A stretch of DNA of 64,000 nucleotides from Bacteroidales bacterium. Lineage in GTDB: Bacteria; Bacteroidota; Bacteroidia; Bacteroidales; UBA12077. Location of the stretch: contig JAGXLL010000011.1 in assembly GCA_018334675.1 (NCBI GenBank), positions 51-64,050 of the forward strand, written 5' to 3'. Shown one piece after another: positions 17,586 to 27,785 of this stretch (position 1 is its first letter; every line of letters begins with the position of its first letter). The position numbers and the translations under genes are program-made. The notes beneath the pieces were generated by a model, which saw only the letters and a program-made list of their open reading frames with translations, did no database searches and was not told the DNA's origin.

Positions 17586-19622
17586 TTATTTTTTCAGAAC
17601 GTCCTGAATGGATATCGGGGGCATCTCTCCGTCTGCTTTCAGATAGGTATCGAACCAACGAAACATGCGGAGGTTATAGTCATGGCGGTGAGCCGCGCCC
17701 CGATAGCCATGGCCTTCTCCGGGATACATCACCAGGCGCAGGGGCACTTCAGGCTTACGCACCTTCATATGCCGGTATAGCTCCAGTGACTGGCCGGGGT
17801 AGACTCTTGTATCGGCTTTACCATGGGTGATCAGCAAAGGGGTTTGCGCCTTGTCGACATGATAGATGGGGCTGCGCTCCAGATATTTCTGCCAGTTGTT
17901 GTCTTCCCAGAACCATTCCCGGCTGTGCACCAGGTAGAGTTCACGGGGAATATCGCTGGTACCCCAGGAAGAGATGTTGTTGCTGATGCCAAAGTTCATC
18001 ACACCCGCCGCAAAACGATCGGAATAATAGGTAGCCATCCATCCGGTGGCATATCCCCCGTAGGATCCTCCGGTCACCCCTATCTTTTCATTATCGGCAA
18101 TGCCTTCATCGATAAGATGGTCCACGCCATCCACAACATCATCAAACTCTTTGCCGCCGGCATCTACCTGACTGCTCTTGAGGAAATCAATGCCGCGGCC
18201 GGTACTGCCCCGATAGTTAGGATAAAACACGGCGTAACCCTTGCCGGCAGCCACCTGTCCGGGAGAGCTGTAGGAAGTCAGCCAGCCGTTGCTGTAATGC
18301 GCCTCCGGGCCACCATGAACTTTTACGATCGTAGGCACAGGCTGGCCGGAAGTATAATTCACCGGCTTGATCAGCACCCCTTCTATCTCGAGTCCATCAC
18401 GGGCCTCATAAGTAACAACCGACTGCTCACCCATCCGAACATCCCTGAGCCAGGGATTGACATGGGTGATGCGCACCGGTTCACCTACCCCTTCCTTGTA
18501 ATATACTTCATTGGGATGGCGGGCGGTATTGGCCTCGAAAGCAATATGACTGTTGTCGGCCATGGAAAAACTTTCATAGATGGGGCCTCCGGGCTTCAGC
18601 TCATAGCTAAAACCGGAGCCATCGGGTTGGATCGAACCAAAGCCTACCTCTGTGCTTTCGCTGGCTAAAAAATGAATGGTGTTGGCCGAAGTCCAGGCGA
18701 TCTGTTCGAATTTTCCCTTAAAACCCGAATAGATATTCTGTGGTTTGCCCCCATCGGCATCCACCACCATGATCCGTCCGGCAATCACATCATGGATGTC
18801 ATTTCCTGCCAAAAGCGCCAGGCGGTCACCCATAGGGCTCCACTGGATGTCATCCAGCTTGCCCTCATGGTCAATGTTGTCGTTTACAACCTCACCGGTG
18901 CGTGCGCTGATCACTTTCACATCCTGCCTCATGTAATAATCATCCACCAGGGGAGTTGGGGCTACTGCAGCCGCCAGCCGATCGCCATCGGGCGACCAGC
19001 GAAGGGTATAAATCGTCCCCTCTACCTCTAATTCCCGGGCCATGGGGTCGGAAACAGTTAAATCCACCAGGTAGCCTTTTCTGTTTTTCAGCCCTTCTTC
19101 ATAGATCTCCGGTTCTGAAGGCATCGGGCCTGACTGCTCCTTAACCGGCTCAGTGGCAGTAAAAGCCAGCTGTTTCCCGCCGGATGACCACTCATAATCC
19201 CGGATGGAAGTTTCAAACTGAAAGAGCTTCATCGGGCCCCCTCCATGTACCGGCATCTCATAGAGAGCGTTGACAGATTCCCCTTCGGGTTGGGAAAGAA
19301 AGGTAATGGACTCGTGACCGGGCCTGAAACGCACATCTCCCGCATTGGCTGTGGTATAATAGGCAATACGCTCACCAGTGGGGTGATGGTATACATACAG
19401 ATGCACTTCAGCCGAACGGTTTTGCTTCATCGGATCAGCCGGATCTGTAACCGTATAGGCAATATAATTGGCATCTTCGGAGAGTTCAACACTCGTTACA
19501 CTTCTCATTCCGGCCACGTCCTCGGGTGTCAGAACCCGGTTTTGTGCAATAACAGAAAAAGAAACACCGATGCCGAGGATCAGCATCAGAAAAGACCTTT
19601 TTAAACTTGTTCGAATATTCAT
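17586..19622 (-). CDS. S9-family serine peptidase (prolyl oligopeptidase / acylaminoacyl-peptidase type) with N-terminal beta-propeller
   Basis: 678 aa. Signal peptide, catalytic Ser GVTGGSYGGY, Asp in ITHGKADTRV and His in YPGEGHG. Confidence 0.9.
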   Translation of the reverse strand: MNIRTSLKRSFLMLILGIGVSFSVIAQNRVLTPEDVAGMRSVTSVELSEDANYIAYTVTDPADPMKQNRSAEVHLYVYHHPTGERIAYYTTANAGDVRFRPGHESITFLSQPEGESVNALYEMPVHGGGPMKLFQFETSIRDYEWSSGGKQLAFTATEPVKEQSGPMPSEPEIYEEGLKNRKGYLVDLTVSDPMARELEVEGTIYTLRWSPDGDRLAAAVAPTPLVDDYYMRQDVKVISARTGEVVNDNIDHEGKLDDIQWSPMGDRLALLAGNDIHDVIAGRIMVVDADGGKPQNIYSGFKGKFEQIAWTSANTIHFLASESTEVGFGSIQPDGSGFSYELKPGGPIYESFSMADNSHIAFEANTARHPNEVYYKEGVGEPVRITHVNPWLRDVRMGEQSVVTYEARDGLEIEGVLIKPVNYTSGQPVPTIVKVHGGPEAHYSNGWLTSYSSPGQVAAGKGYAVFYPNYRGSTGRGIDFLKSSQVDAGGKEFDDVVDGVDHLIDEGIADNEKIGVTGGSYGGYATGWMATYYSDRFAAGVMNFGISNNISSWGTSDIPRELYLVHSREWFWEDNNWQKYLERSPIYHVDKAQTPLLITHGKADTRVYPGQSLELYRHMKVRKPEVPLRLVMYPGEGHGYRGAAHRHDYNLRMFRWFDTYLKADGEMPPISIQDVLKK

Positions 19623-19750
19623 AAGTTTTTATTTTGATTGGAAAATGTATTGCGGGGTATTTCAAAAACATCTAAGCCTTGGAATGGCTTCATGCAATCC
19701 CTTATTTATTTATAACAAAATACAACCCTGGTGGTTGAAAACCCATCTCA

Positions 19751-19785
19751 AAAAAAAGGATGCCAGCGGAGTGGCATCCTTTTTC
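19751..19785 (-). terminator. Rho-independent terminator after the M16 peptidase gene
   Basis: aaaaaaaAGGATGCCA gcggag TGGCATCCTtttt: a perfect 9-bp stem. On the minus strand it is followed by T8. Confidence 0.78.
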
Positions 19786-19801
19786 CATTCAAACAGCAGG
19801 T

Positions 19802-22789
19802 TTATAAGGTGAAGGTATCCTTAAACAATTGTTCTTCAGATTTGATCTTATCTTCGTTTCCGTATACACACAAGGCGCTTTGCTCGAGGATTCTATCCAC
19901 AAAGTCGGCCATCTCCTGTATGTCTCCGGCAGTGGTGGCAAGGACGGCATCGCGAGCGGCCTGAACCTCTTTCTCACTGGTATTGGTCAGATAGTAGGAT
20001 AAGGCTGCCTCTCCTTCCTGCGAAGGTGAACGGGGCCTATCCATGTTGGAGATGGTTCCGATGATGAAACGGGTCATCTCATCTTCTCCCGGGGAGAATT
20101 TTCTGAGGAAATCGGCCGAGCCATCGATATTTTCAATGGTTCCTTTCAGATTCGGATCGCGGTAAGAGGCAAAATAGAAGTTGCCCGATTCGGAGAACCC
20201 GCAGAAACCTCCGTATGCACCTCCGATCACCCGGATCTGATTGTTCAGCCACTCCCGGGAAAGGATCTGATTGAGCACCCGAATCTTGCCATCGTATTCA
20301 AAACCCAGTTTCTTGAAGTTGTAACCTTTGGTCACATACTGAACTTTAGAAGGGGTGAGCATGCCTTCATTCCTGTTTTCGAATTCAAAGGACCACTCGT
20401 GAACAGCCAGCTCCTGATCCGGCATGTCCTGAACCAAACCCTTCAGACCTTCATTGTAGTCAGGCAGATCTTTCCCATCGCAGGCCACGTAAACCTTCAT
20501 ATTGGCCTTATTGAACAGCAATCCAGCCACTTCCTGAAGGTTGGCCACAATCTCATCATACTTCTCGTCATAGTTCTCCATCAAACCCGTGATAAACTCA
20601 TAGTAGGAATAGCCACCCGTGAGTTCCTGGAATTTGCCCTGGTTCGAATAGTAAGAGGAAAGCCGGTTCATGGCCATTCCCAGTCCGTTGCGCTGGGTCA
20701 TGGCATACAGTCTGGATTGGTGCTTGGTCAAAAGGGTCTTCAGGCGTTCCTTATCATCAATCTTCGATCGATACAGGATCTCATCGGCCATCTCAAATAA
20801 TTTCCCGGTCTTATCATTGAGCACCTTACTGCCGACTTCAAAATGAGCCAGGAGGTTCTGGTCATTGTGATCCGCCAGGTCTGTTCTTAAACTGGTGGAG
20901 AAACCGCCCAGATGGGTGTTCAGAGCAGTATTCAGCTCACCGAAAGAATAATTTTCCGTGTTCAGATCTCCAAGCAGGGTTGCCAGCATCTTCATATATG
21001 GGATCTGCTCCTTAGGGATGACACGGCCATCAAACAAAAGTTTGCTGTACAGAATGTTATTGGTGAAGGTATTATAATGGAGCTGTTGGATTCCGTGAGC
21101 GGTTTTTTCTTCAATATCATAATATTCGGCTTCCGGATTGATCTCTTCCAGTTCCAGCAAGGGAACTTCCGCCAGGTCTTCCGGATCATCCTTTCTTTTC
21201 TGATAAGCAATAAGTTCCTCCGTCTCCTTAATTAAACTTTCCATCTCCGCCTCAGAAAGAGGGGTCTTAAATTCGGATAAATCCTGAGCGATTCTTTTAT
21301 TCCTTTCAGCCTGTAATCCGGGTTTGGGCACCAGGGCAATCAAAAGGGAGTGGGGATTATCCAGGAATTCAGTTTGAATCAAATTCTCGAGTTCTCCGGC
21401 TTTCACCGCTTCCTTGGTCGCGGCCAGCGGGCCTTCCCACTTCAGGGTTAAGAACGGATCATCCGCATAAAGCCAGCCATTTCTTGCCTGGAACAGGTAG
21501 GTCAAGCCTTTTTGGGCATTATCACCTTCCCGGAGCCTGAACTCATGGCGATTCATGATGCCGGTGAGCATATCGCGGTCAATGCCTTCCTCTGCAACCT
21601 GCTCCAGGGTTTGCTCAACAACCTGGTGAAACTTCTTCTTGTCTTCCAGGTTGGCGTTTCTGACGTTCAACTGGAAAACACCCTGTTTATTGGACGAATA
21701 ATAGGCGCCAATATCCCGGCCTATTCCAGCCTCCTGGAGTGCCAGTCTAACCGGGCCTGATTCATGATTGACCAAAGCCTCGGCCAACAGGCTCATCTTA
21801 AACTGCATCTCCTGATTGGCACCTTTCCCGGTTACCCAGTCCATGGTCAGGAAAGTCTTATTATCAGTACCGGCCGACTGGGCCACAGGGTAATATTCCA
21901 CCACATCCTTCATCTGATCAAAGGGCTCCTGCAGCTTGATGGCGACCTCCTTCTCCTGCCGCTCAAATTTCGACAGGTATTCCTGGTTGATGAAAGCCAG
22001 GTCGCTGTCCAGGTCCGAATTGCCATACAAATACAAATAACTGTTTTCAGGATGGTAATATTTCTTGTGGAAATTGATGAACTGCTCATAAGTAAGGTCA
22101 GGAATGGCCTCCGGATGACCTCCGGAAGAATAGCCATAGGTGTTGTCGGGGAACAAATTTTTATCGATGTGGTAACCCAGCTCCCTGGAAGGACTGGAAT
22201 AGGCCCCCTTCATCTCATTGTAAACCACTCCCTTGTACTCTACAGGGGCATCTTTGGAAGTAAGCTCATGGTGCCAGGCTTCCTGTTTGAAGATCCTCGG
22301 ATCATCGTATATCCTGGGAAAGAACACGGCATCCAGATACACATGCATCAGGTTGCGAAAATCCTTGTCATTCATACTGGCCACCGGATACATAGTTGCA
22401 TCGCTGCTGGTCATGGCATTTAAGAAGGTGTTCAGTGAACCTTTCGTCAGCACGGTAAAAGGGCTCTTCACCGGGAAGTTTTTGGAGCCATTCAGCACGG
22501 AGTGCTCAATGATGTGCGGTGTACCGCAATCGCTCTGGGGAAGGGTCTTAAACGAGGCGCAAAAAGTCTTGTTCTTGTCTTCGTTGGCAAGCTTCATTAA
22601 GCGGGCTCCGCTCTTCTCATGTTCAAAATAATACGCATCGGAATTGACTTCCTGAATAAATTCCTTTTTGATCAGTTTAAAGCCATGATAGGTTGAACCT
22701 ACCTGGTACTTCTCCGACTGGCATGAAATCAAAAAAAGGGAGGCTGCCAGCACCCCCAGTAAAACAGTTTGTAAGGACTTGATTCTCAT
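19802..22789 (-). CDS. M16-family zinc metallopeptidase (insulinase / PreP-like, ~1000 aa)
   Basis: 995 aa. Signal/lipobox region LFLISC and inverted zinc motif HIIEHSVLNGS (HxxEH). Confidence 0.9.
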   Translation of the reverse strand: MRIKSLQTVLLGVLAASLFLISCQSEKYQVGSTYHGFKLIKKEFIQEVNSDAYYFEHEKSGARLMKLANEDKNKTFCASFKTLPQSDCGTPHIIEHSVLNGSKNFPVKSPFTVLTKGSLNTFLNAMTSSDATMYPVASMNDKDFRNLMHVYLDAVFFPRIYDDPRIFKQEAWHHELTSKDAPVEYKGVVYNEMKGAYSSPSRELGYHIDKNLFPDNTYGYSSGGHPEAIPDLTYEQFINFHKKYYHPENSYLYLYGNSDLDSDLAFINQEYLSKFERQEKEVAIKLQEPFDQMKDVVEYYPVAQSAGTDNKTFLTMDWVTGKGANQEMQFKMSLLAEALVNHESGPVRLALQEAGIGRDIGAYYSSNKQGVFQLNVRNANLEDKKKFHQVVEQTLEQVAEEGIDRDMLTGIMNRHEFRLREGDNAQKGLTYLFQARNGWLYADDPFLTLKWEGPLAATKEAVKAGELENLIQTEFLDNPHSLLIALVPKPGLQAERNKRIAQDLSEFKTPLSEAEMESLIKETEELIAYQKRKDDPEDLAEVPLLELEEINPEAEYYDIEEKTAHGIQQLHYNTFTNNILYSKLLFDGRVIPKEQIPYMKMLATLLGDLNTENYSFGELNTALNTHLGGFSTSLRTDLADHNDQNLLAHFEVGSKVLNDKTGKLFEMADEILYRSKIDDKERLKTLLTKHQSRLYAMTQRNGLGMAMNRLSSYYSNQGKFQELTGGYSYYEFITGLMENYDEKYDEIVANLQEVAGLLFNKANMKVYVACDGKDLPDYNEGLKGLVQDMPDQELAVHEWSFEFENRNEGMLTPSKVQYVTKGYNFKKLGFEYDGKIRVLNQILSREWLNNQIRVIGGAYGGFCGFSESGNFYFASYRDPNLKGTIENIDGSADFLRKFSPGEDEMTRFIIGTISNMDRPRSPSQEGEAALSYYLTNTSEKEVQAARDAVLATTAGDIQEMADFVDRILEQSALCVYGNEDKIKSEEQLFKDTFTL

Positions 22790-22799
22790 CTTATCTTTT

Positions 22800-23322
22800 T
22801 TAAAGGTGAAACGTAAATGAAAGATACGCTTTTTTTATAAAAATCTCCCACCCAGCTGAATTTTTCCATCTATTTTTGCAATATGTTATGAAGCACCTTT
22901 GAATGGGACCTTGACGGATATTTTTTGTCTTCCGGCTCCACAATGCAAAACACTCTGTGGTCATGGAGACGACAGGAAGTACGTCGATAGGGCGTTTCCA
23001 GACGATCAAGCCGGCGATCCAGAAAAAGAAGAATAAATCCATACATCACGGACCTATGATCCAGGTAGGTTTTTGAATCCCGAAGATTGAACATATAGGC
23101 CCTCAGCGCGGCAACGGCATTCATAGCGGCGCCCGACCAGGCATGCAACAGGCTGAAATGGAGGGTGAAGAATAACGTAGCAAATAGCTGGGCGATCAGA
23201 GTGAAGGAACGTTTGTCCTTCTGAAAGGAAATGACGATCCCCAGCAAACCCAGAAAACCAATAAACTGTATAAAGTAGGGATTCATGATTGAAGATTGTG
23301 ATACCCGGAAAAGATGGTTCAC
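22800..23322 (-). pseudogene. YgjV-family inner membrane protein gene interrupted by one frameshift
   Basis: The N-half is in one frame (MNPYFIQFIGFLGLLGIV... to VMYGFILLF). The C-half is in another frame (WIAGLIVWKRPIDVLPVVSMTTECFALWSRKTKNIR...NRWKNSAGWE). Both align by eye to E. coli YgjV. The switch falls at the A5/T5 run at 23021-23035. Confidence 0.6.
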
Positions 23323-23684
23323 AATAGGTTCTTTTTCCTTCCCTTTTTATGCAGTAAAATATCGGTATCTTCCACAGTAATCATACAGCCTGTTCGGATC
23401 TTATCGAAATAAGGCAGCAGGATCTTTTCCGAGAAATTCTCAATTTTTTCTGCCTCATCGATGATCTCCACGACCATGGGCAGTTTTTCCGAAACCTCCC
23501 AGAATTTGCGGGAATGGACCACATGGCTCGAGCCATACCCCATAGAGCCGTTCAGTACTGTTGCGCCTGCCATGTCATACCTTTTGGCGGCATACACAAT
23601 CATTTCATAGAGAGGACTATGACGGAACTTATCGGTGGAGCTGATAAATACCCGCAAAATCTTAGCTTTTCCCTGGGTTTGCAT
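23319..23684 (-). CDS. DUF190 (PII-like) protein commonly linked to crcB
   Basis: 121 aa. KILRVFISSTDKFRHSPLYEMIVYAAKRYDMAGATVLNGSMGYG pattern. Sits directly downstream of crcB. Confidence 0.8.
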   Translation of the reverse strand: MQTQGKAKILRVFISSTDKFRHSPLYEMIVYAAKRYDMAGATVLNGSMGYGSSHVVHSRKFWEVSEKLPMVVEIIDEAEKIENFSEKILLPYFDKIRTGCMITVEDTDILLHKKGRKKNLL

Positions 23685-23687
23685 AAT

Positions 23688-24074
23688 TCAGATCATTTTG
23701 GTGAGGTAGTTACCTAAAAATACAGCCATTATACCTATGAAGATACTCAATCCGGTGTAAAAAGCAAAATGAAAAAAATCGCCGTCGCGCAGCAAAGCCA
23801 CGTTCTCATTGATAAAAGTTGAAAAAGTGGTAAAGCTCCCGCAGAAACCAACAGTTAAAAACAACCGCCATTCCGGAGTTAACAGGTTTTCCTTAACTGA
23901 AAGCCCGTAAAGAAAACCAATGAAAAGACTTCCCATCATATTAACGATAAATGTGCCATAGGGAAAAGCGGACAGGGCCATGTTCTGAATGAGCCTGGAT
24001 AGTAAAAAACGCGAAACACTACCCAAAAACCCGCCGGTTCCGATGATCAATAACAGACGCCACATAAAATGCAC
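23688..24074 (-). CDS. crcB: Fluoride efflux channel CrcB
   Basis: 128 aa with 4 TM. GGFLGSVSRF and GFCGSFTTFSTF motifs. Confidence 0.92.
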   Translation of the reverse strand: MHFMWRLLLIIGTGGFLGSVSRFLLSRLIQNMALSAFPYGTFIVNMMGSLFIGFLYGLSVKENLLTPEWRLFLTVGFCGSFTTFSTFINENVALLRDGDFFHFAFYTGLSIFIGIMAVFLGNYLTKMI

Positions 24075-24098
24075 TTTCGTTGATTACGTATAAAACAT

Positions 24099-24148
24099 GC
24101 AGGAGTCATCAGCATTTAAGGCAGTTAAAGGTGAACCCCATCACCTGA
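24099..24148 (-). promoter_or_regulatory. Fluoride riboswitch (crcB RNA motif)
   Basis: The minus strand reads AGGUGAUGGGGUUCACCUUUAACUGCCUUAAAUGCUGAUGACUCCUGC. This gives P1 AGGUG/CACCU, a conserved GAUGGnGUUC core, an AAC linker and CUGAUGACUCC pseudoknot partner. It lies ~25 nt upstream of the crcB start. Confidence 0.85.
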
Positions 24149-24412
24149 GGCTCAAAAATAGTAAAAACCAGCGAGAATCAAACCTTGATTGCCCCGGATG
24201 TTTTTCGTACCTGCATCATGAAAACAGGTTCTTCCGGCAAATGTGTAGGTGAAATGTGAAAATAAACTGGAAGTCACAGGTCCGGGAGCTTCCCCTCCAT
24301 CCATAGACCCTGGCGTAAATTTACAACCGCCCACAGGAAATTTCTGGATGAAAAGATTGACATCTCAGGTATTCTTTGATAACTTAATGCTGCGACATAA
24401 AAACCGAGAATT

Positions 24413-25198
24413 ATGCCGGAACTGCCAGATGTAGAAATATTCAGACGCTATGCGGAAGAACATGCCCTGAATCAGGAAATAAAGAAAGTTTCAATAGAGG
24501 ATGACAAGATTGCCGCAACATCGCCCCAAACCATTTCCGAGTCACTCAGGGATCGTCAACTAAAAAAAGCCGAACGGATAGGCAAATACCTGTTTCTGCC
24601 CACAGAGCGGCAATCGGTGCTGGTGATGCACTTCGGCATGACCGGCTGGCTGGAGTACCAGAAGCACGAAAAGTCTCAATACACAAAGGCTTCCCTGAAT
24701 TTTAGCAATGGGTATCACCTCTGTTTTGTTAATCCCCGCAAACTTGGCAGGTTACACATTACCGACAACATCCAGGAATTTTGCCGTTATATGGAAATAG
24801 GACCCGATGCCCTTGCCATTGGTGAGGGGGATTTTATTCAAAAGATGAAGAAAAAAAGGGGCATGCTCAAATCCGCCCTGATGGATCAAAGCTTTCTATC
24901 CGGTCTGGGCAACATATATTCCGATGAGATCCTCTTTCAGGCCGGGCTTCATCCCAAAACCAGGATATCCAGGCTGAACGAAGCCCATATCGGCCATCTG
25001 TTCAGCCGGATGAAAGAAGTATTAAGCCTGGCCATCGAACACCGGGCCAATCCGGACAACATGCCGGACCATTTTATCATACCCCATAGGAAAGAAGGAT
25101 CCATATGCCCTTCCTGCGGCGGCGAAGTTCAAAAGGATAAACTATCCGGCCGGGGATACTACTTTTGCCCGAGGTGCCAGGCAGGAGAGGAAGAATGA
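24413..25198 (+). CDS. Fpg/Nei-family DNA glycosylase/AP lyase
   Basis: 261 aa. N-terminal MPELPDVE and C-terminal zinc finger CPSCGGEV...YFCPRCQ. Confidence 0.82.
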   Translation: MPELPDVEIFRRYAEEHALNQEIKKVSIEDDKIAATSPQTISESLRDRQLKKAERIGKYLFLPTERQSVLVMHFGMTGWLEYQKHEKSQYTKASLNFSNGYHLCFVNPRKLGRLHITDNIQEFCRYMEIGPDALAIGEGDFIQKMKKKRGMLKSALMDQSFLSGLGNIYSDEILFQAGLHPKTRISRLNEAHIGHLFSRMKEVLSLAIEHRANPDNMPDHFIIPHRKEGSICPSCGGEVQKDKLSGRGYYFCPRCQAGEEE

Positions 25199-25244
25199 AA
25201 AAAAATGCTACCTTTAGGGGCATGCAATAAGTAAATTTATAAAT

Positions 25245-25937
25245 ATGTCGAGTTCGGGAGTATTATATCGCTTGATCGCCATCAGTGCGGCCGTTGTCAT
25301 TGCAGGAATAATCCTGTCCGGACCTCCAGGGGTGTATGTGGTTTCCCTGTTCCACCCCCAGCCTGAATGGACCGATGCAGCTACCTTCATCGACCATTAT
25401 CATCCCATCCAGGCTTTTCCCTTTGCCGGAGGGTTCCTCCTGATACTGGGGTTCACTTTTTTCATTGCCGCTGCCAGCCAACTGGCGGTGCTTCCCACTC
25501 AGAAAGTACCTGCCACCCTGGCCATCATCTTTTCTGCCGCTTTTGCCGTGATGGTAGGCATTAATTATACCCTCCAACTGGCCTGGGTTCCGGAATTGGT
25601 TCGGCAGGGCGATCCGGGGCTCTCCCGCATTACCATGCAAAACCCTAATTCGATCGGATGGGTGCTGGAGATGTTCGGCTATGCCTTTCTCGGCCTGTCC
25701 ACATGGGCCATTTCACTGGTTTTCTGGGGAAGCAGGATGATGAACACCATCCGTTTCCTGCTGATCGCCAATGGCTTTATCAGCATTATAGGTGCCATCC
25801 TGACCACCGGCGGAATGAGCTGGTTATATGAAACACCGGGTATCATCAGTTATGTGCTTTGGAACCTGCTGATCATCGTCACGATGGCACTCGTTTATTT
25901 TGAGTTTCGCAGAAGGAGGCTTCGCGGAGGACAATAA
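25245..25937 (+). CDS. Integral membrane protein, function unknown
   Basis: 230 aa with about six hydrophobic segments. No recognised motif. Confidence 0.5.
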   Translation: MSSSGVLYRLIAISAAVVIAGIILSGPPGVYVVSLFHPQPEWTDAATFIDHYHPIQAFPFAGGFLLILGFTFFIAAASQLAVLPTQKVPATLAIIFSAAFAVMVGINYTLQLAWVPELVRQGDPGLSRITMQNPNSIGWVLEMFGYAFLGLSTWAISLVFWGSRMMNTIRFLLIANGFISIIGAILTTGGMSWLYETPGIISYVLWNLLIIVTMALVYFEFRRRRLRGGQ

Positions 25938-25939
25938 TT

Positions 25940-26386
25940 TCAGGTCAACAAGCGAGATGCCAGCTCCAGTCCTGTTGCAGCCATCAGGGTGATCAGCCCA
26001 CTCCACAATACCACTCCGGTAAGCAGGAAAACCATCAGACGACGGGTTCGTTTGATCAGGGCCAATCCCAGCAAAGTAGAAAGAATCGGACCAATCAGGC
26101 CACAAGCAATCAACCCGAGGACTGCCACTCCATATCGTTCCATCAGTCTGGTGAAGCGGCCCTGCTGTTTCTCAACGTGCTTCTCACCAAATCGCCCCAA
26201 AACCCACTTCTTGAGCCTTTCTCCTGATAACAACAACACCAGCACCACAGTGATGGATCCCAACGCTGTGAACGCAGCCGTGACAAACGGGTGCGCATCT
26301 ATGGCGAAACCCACTGATATACCTTTCCAGATACCGGTGATACCGGCCAGATAAATGGTGGAGATTTGCACCCAAAGATTGCCCAT
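25940..26386 (-). CDS. Small integral membrane protein (possibly small multidrug-export-like)
   Basis: 148 aa with four hydrophobic segments. The family assignment is from memory only and is weak. Confidence 0.45.
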   Translation of the reverse strand: MGNLWVQISTIYLAGITGIWKGISVGFAIDAHPFVTAAFTALGSITVVLVLLLSGERLKKWVLGRFGEKHVEKQQGRFTRLMERYGVAVLGLIACGLIGPILSTLLGLALIKRTRRLMVFLLTGVVLWSGLITLMAATGLELASRLLT

Positions 26387-26477
26387 GCCAGGATTCTGAT
26401 TTATGGATGGATACTGTTTGGCAATCCCAAATTACAAACAAATTTTAATACCGCATAACCCCCATTCCTGCGAAGTA

Positions 26478-27062
26478 TCAACTCTTGTATGCCATATTCT
26501 CGGCCACAATCAGAAAATGGTTGGGCAGTTCCTGATGCGTCCGGATCGAACTGAAAGGAACGGTTTCCAGTTGCTTGATCACCTCATCTTCCCGGTAGCG
26601 TTTGCTTACAGGTGGTCCATGTGCGGTATCCTTCTTTTTCCAGTCTACAACGGCCAAACGTCCTTCAGGCTTCAGCACCCGTGCACATTCTTTCAGCAAA
26701 GCATGGGGATCATGGAATTCATGATGCAGGTTGATCATCACCAATACATCGGCTATATCATCTGGAAGGGGAATAACGGACTCCTCCATCTGAACCGGTT
26801 CGATGCGGGGATGCAGGGGGCTCACTTCTCGGTGTATATACTCGATCATGGCCTCCGAAATATCCAGGGCGTAAACCTTCTTCACTCCTTTCATCTCAGC
26901 AAAACGCACACTAAAAAAACCTGTCCCCGCTCCCAGATCGATCACAGTTTCGGGACGATCCACAGCCAGTGGCTTCCAGATGACCCCGGGAGGTATATCC
27001 TTGAGCCTTTGCGGATCGTTAAGATGCTCGAGTTTCGCCGGATCAAATTTGAATCCTTCCAT
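26478..27062 (-). CDS. Class I SAM-dependent methyltransferase
   Basis: 194 aa. Motif I VIDLGAGTGFFSVRFA and post-I acidic residue YALDIS. Confidence 0.85.
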   Translation of the reverse strand: MEGFKFDPAKLEHLNDPQRLKDIPPGVIWKPLAVDRPETVIDLGAGTGFFSVRFAEMKGVKKVYALDISEAMIEYIHREVSPLHPRIEPVQMEESVIPLPDDIADVLVMINLHHEFHDPHALLKECARVLKPEGRLAVVDWKKKDTAHGPPVSKRYREDEVIKQLETVPFSSIRTHQELPNHFLIVAENMAYKS

Positions 27063-27071
27063 AGCTCCGAT

Positions 27072-27785
27072 TTAATGCTGATTCGTATTCTTAATGATTT
27101 CAGGTATGTGCGAGATGTTGTCCACTTTAATCAGCGCGGGATGAGAAAGGTCCGACTCATCCAGCTCCTCATGTTTCCAGGTAGTGTGAAAAGGAACATA
27201 TACCCCATAAGATCCCAGCCCAAGTACAGGTAGAATATCCGATCTCAAAGAATTGCCCACCATCATAAAAGATTCAGGGGGCACATCCAGATGATTCAGC
27301 ATCTTCTTATAATCGCCTTCCTGCTTATCACTCATAATCTCGATGTGGTGAAAATAGCCTTCCAGCCCCGACTTTCTTAGCTTCCTTTCCTGGTCCAGCA
27401 AATCCCCCTTGGTGGCTACTATGAGTCTGAACTGCTCTCTGTGAAGTTCATCCAGCACCTCACGCACGCCATCAATAAGCTGAACAGGTTTGTTGATCAG
27501 ATCCTTGCCCAACTCAAGTATCTTATGGATGGTGCCTGCCGAGACCTGATCGCTGCTGATCCTCAGGGCAGTCTCAACCATAGATAAAATAAAACTCTTG
27601 GCTCCATAGCCGTATAACGGTATGTTGCCTACCTCGGTTTGGTAAAGCAGTTTTTCCACCTGCTCGCAGGGTGCATAATCACTTAATAAGGTACAAAAGC
27701 GCCTGGTGGTATCATAAAAGTAGGGTTCATTCACCCATAGGGTATCATCTGCATCAAATCCAATCACCTGAATTTTATTCATCAT
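27072..27785 (-). CDS. HAD-superfamily hydrolase
   Basis: 237 aa. Motif I IGFDADDTLW, motif II ATKG and motif III/IV MVGNSLRSD. Confidence 0.85.
   Translation of the reverse strand: MMNKIQVIGFDADDTLWVNEPYFYDTTRRFCTLLSDYAPCEQVEKLLYQTEVGNIPLYGYGAKSFILSMVETALRISSDQVSAGTIHKILELGKDLINKPVQLIDGVREVLDELHREQFRLIVATKGDLLDQERKLRKSGLEGYFHHIEIMSDKQEGDYKKMLNHLDVPPESFMMVGNSLRSDILPVLGLGSYGVYVPFHTTWKHEELDESDLSHPALIKVDNISHIPEIIKNTNQH

Noticed and set aside
26403-27233. 276-aa ORF on the + strand
   Set aside because: It is antisense to the SAM methyltransferase and HAD hydrolase genes, both of which have clear motifs. It is a shadow ORF.
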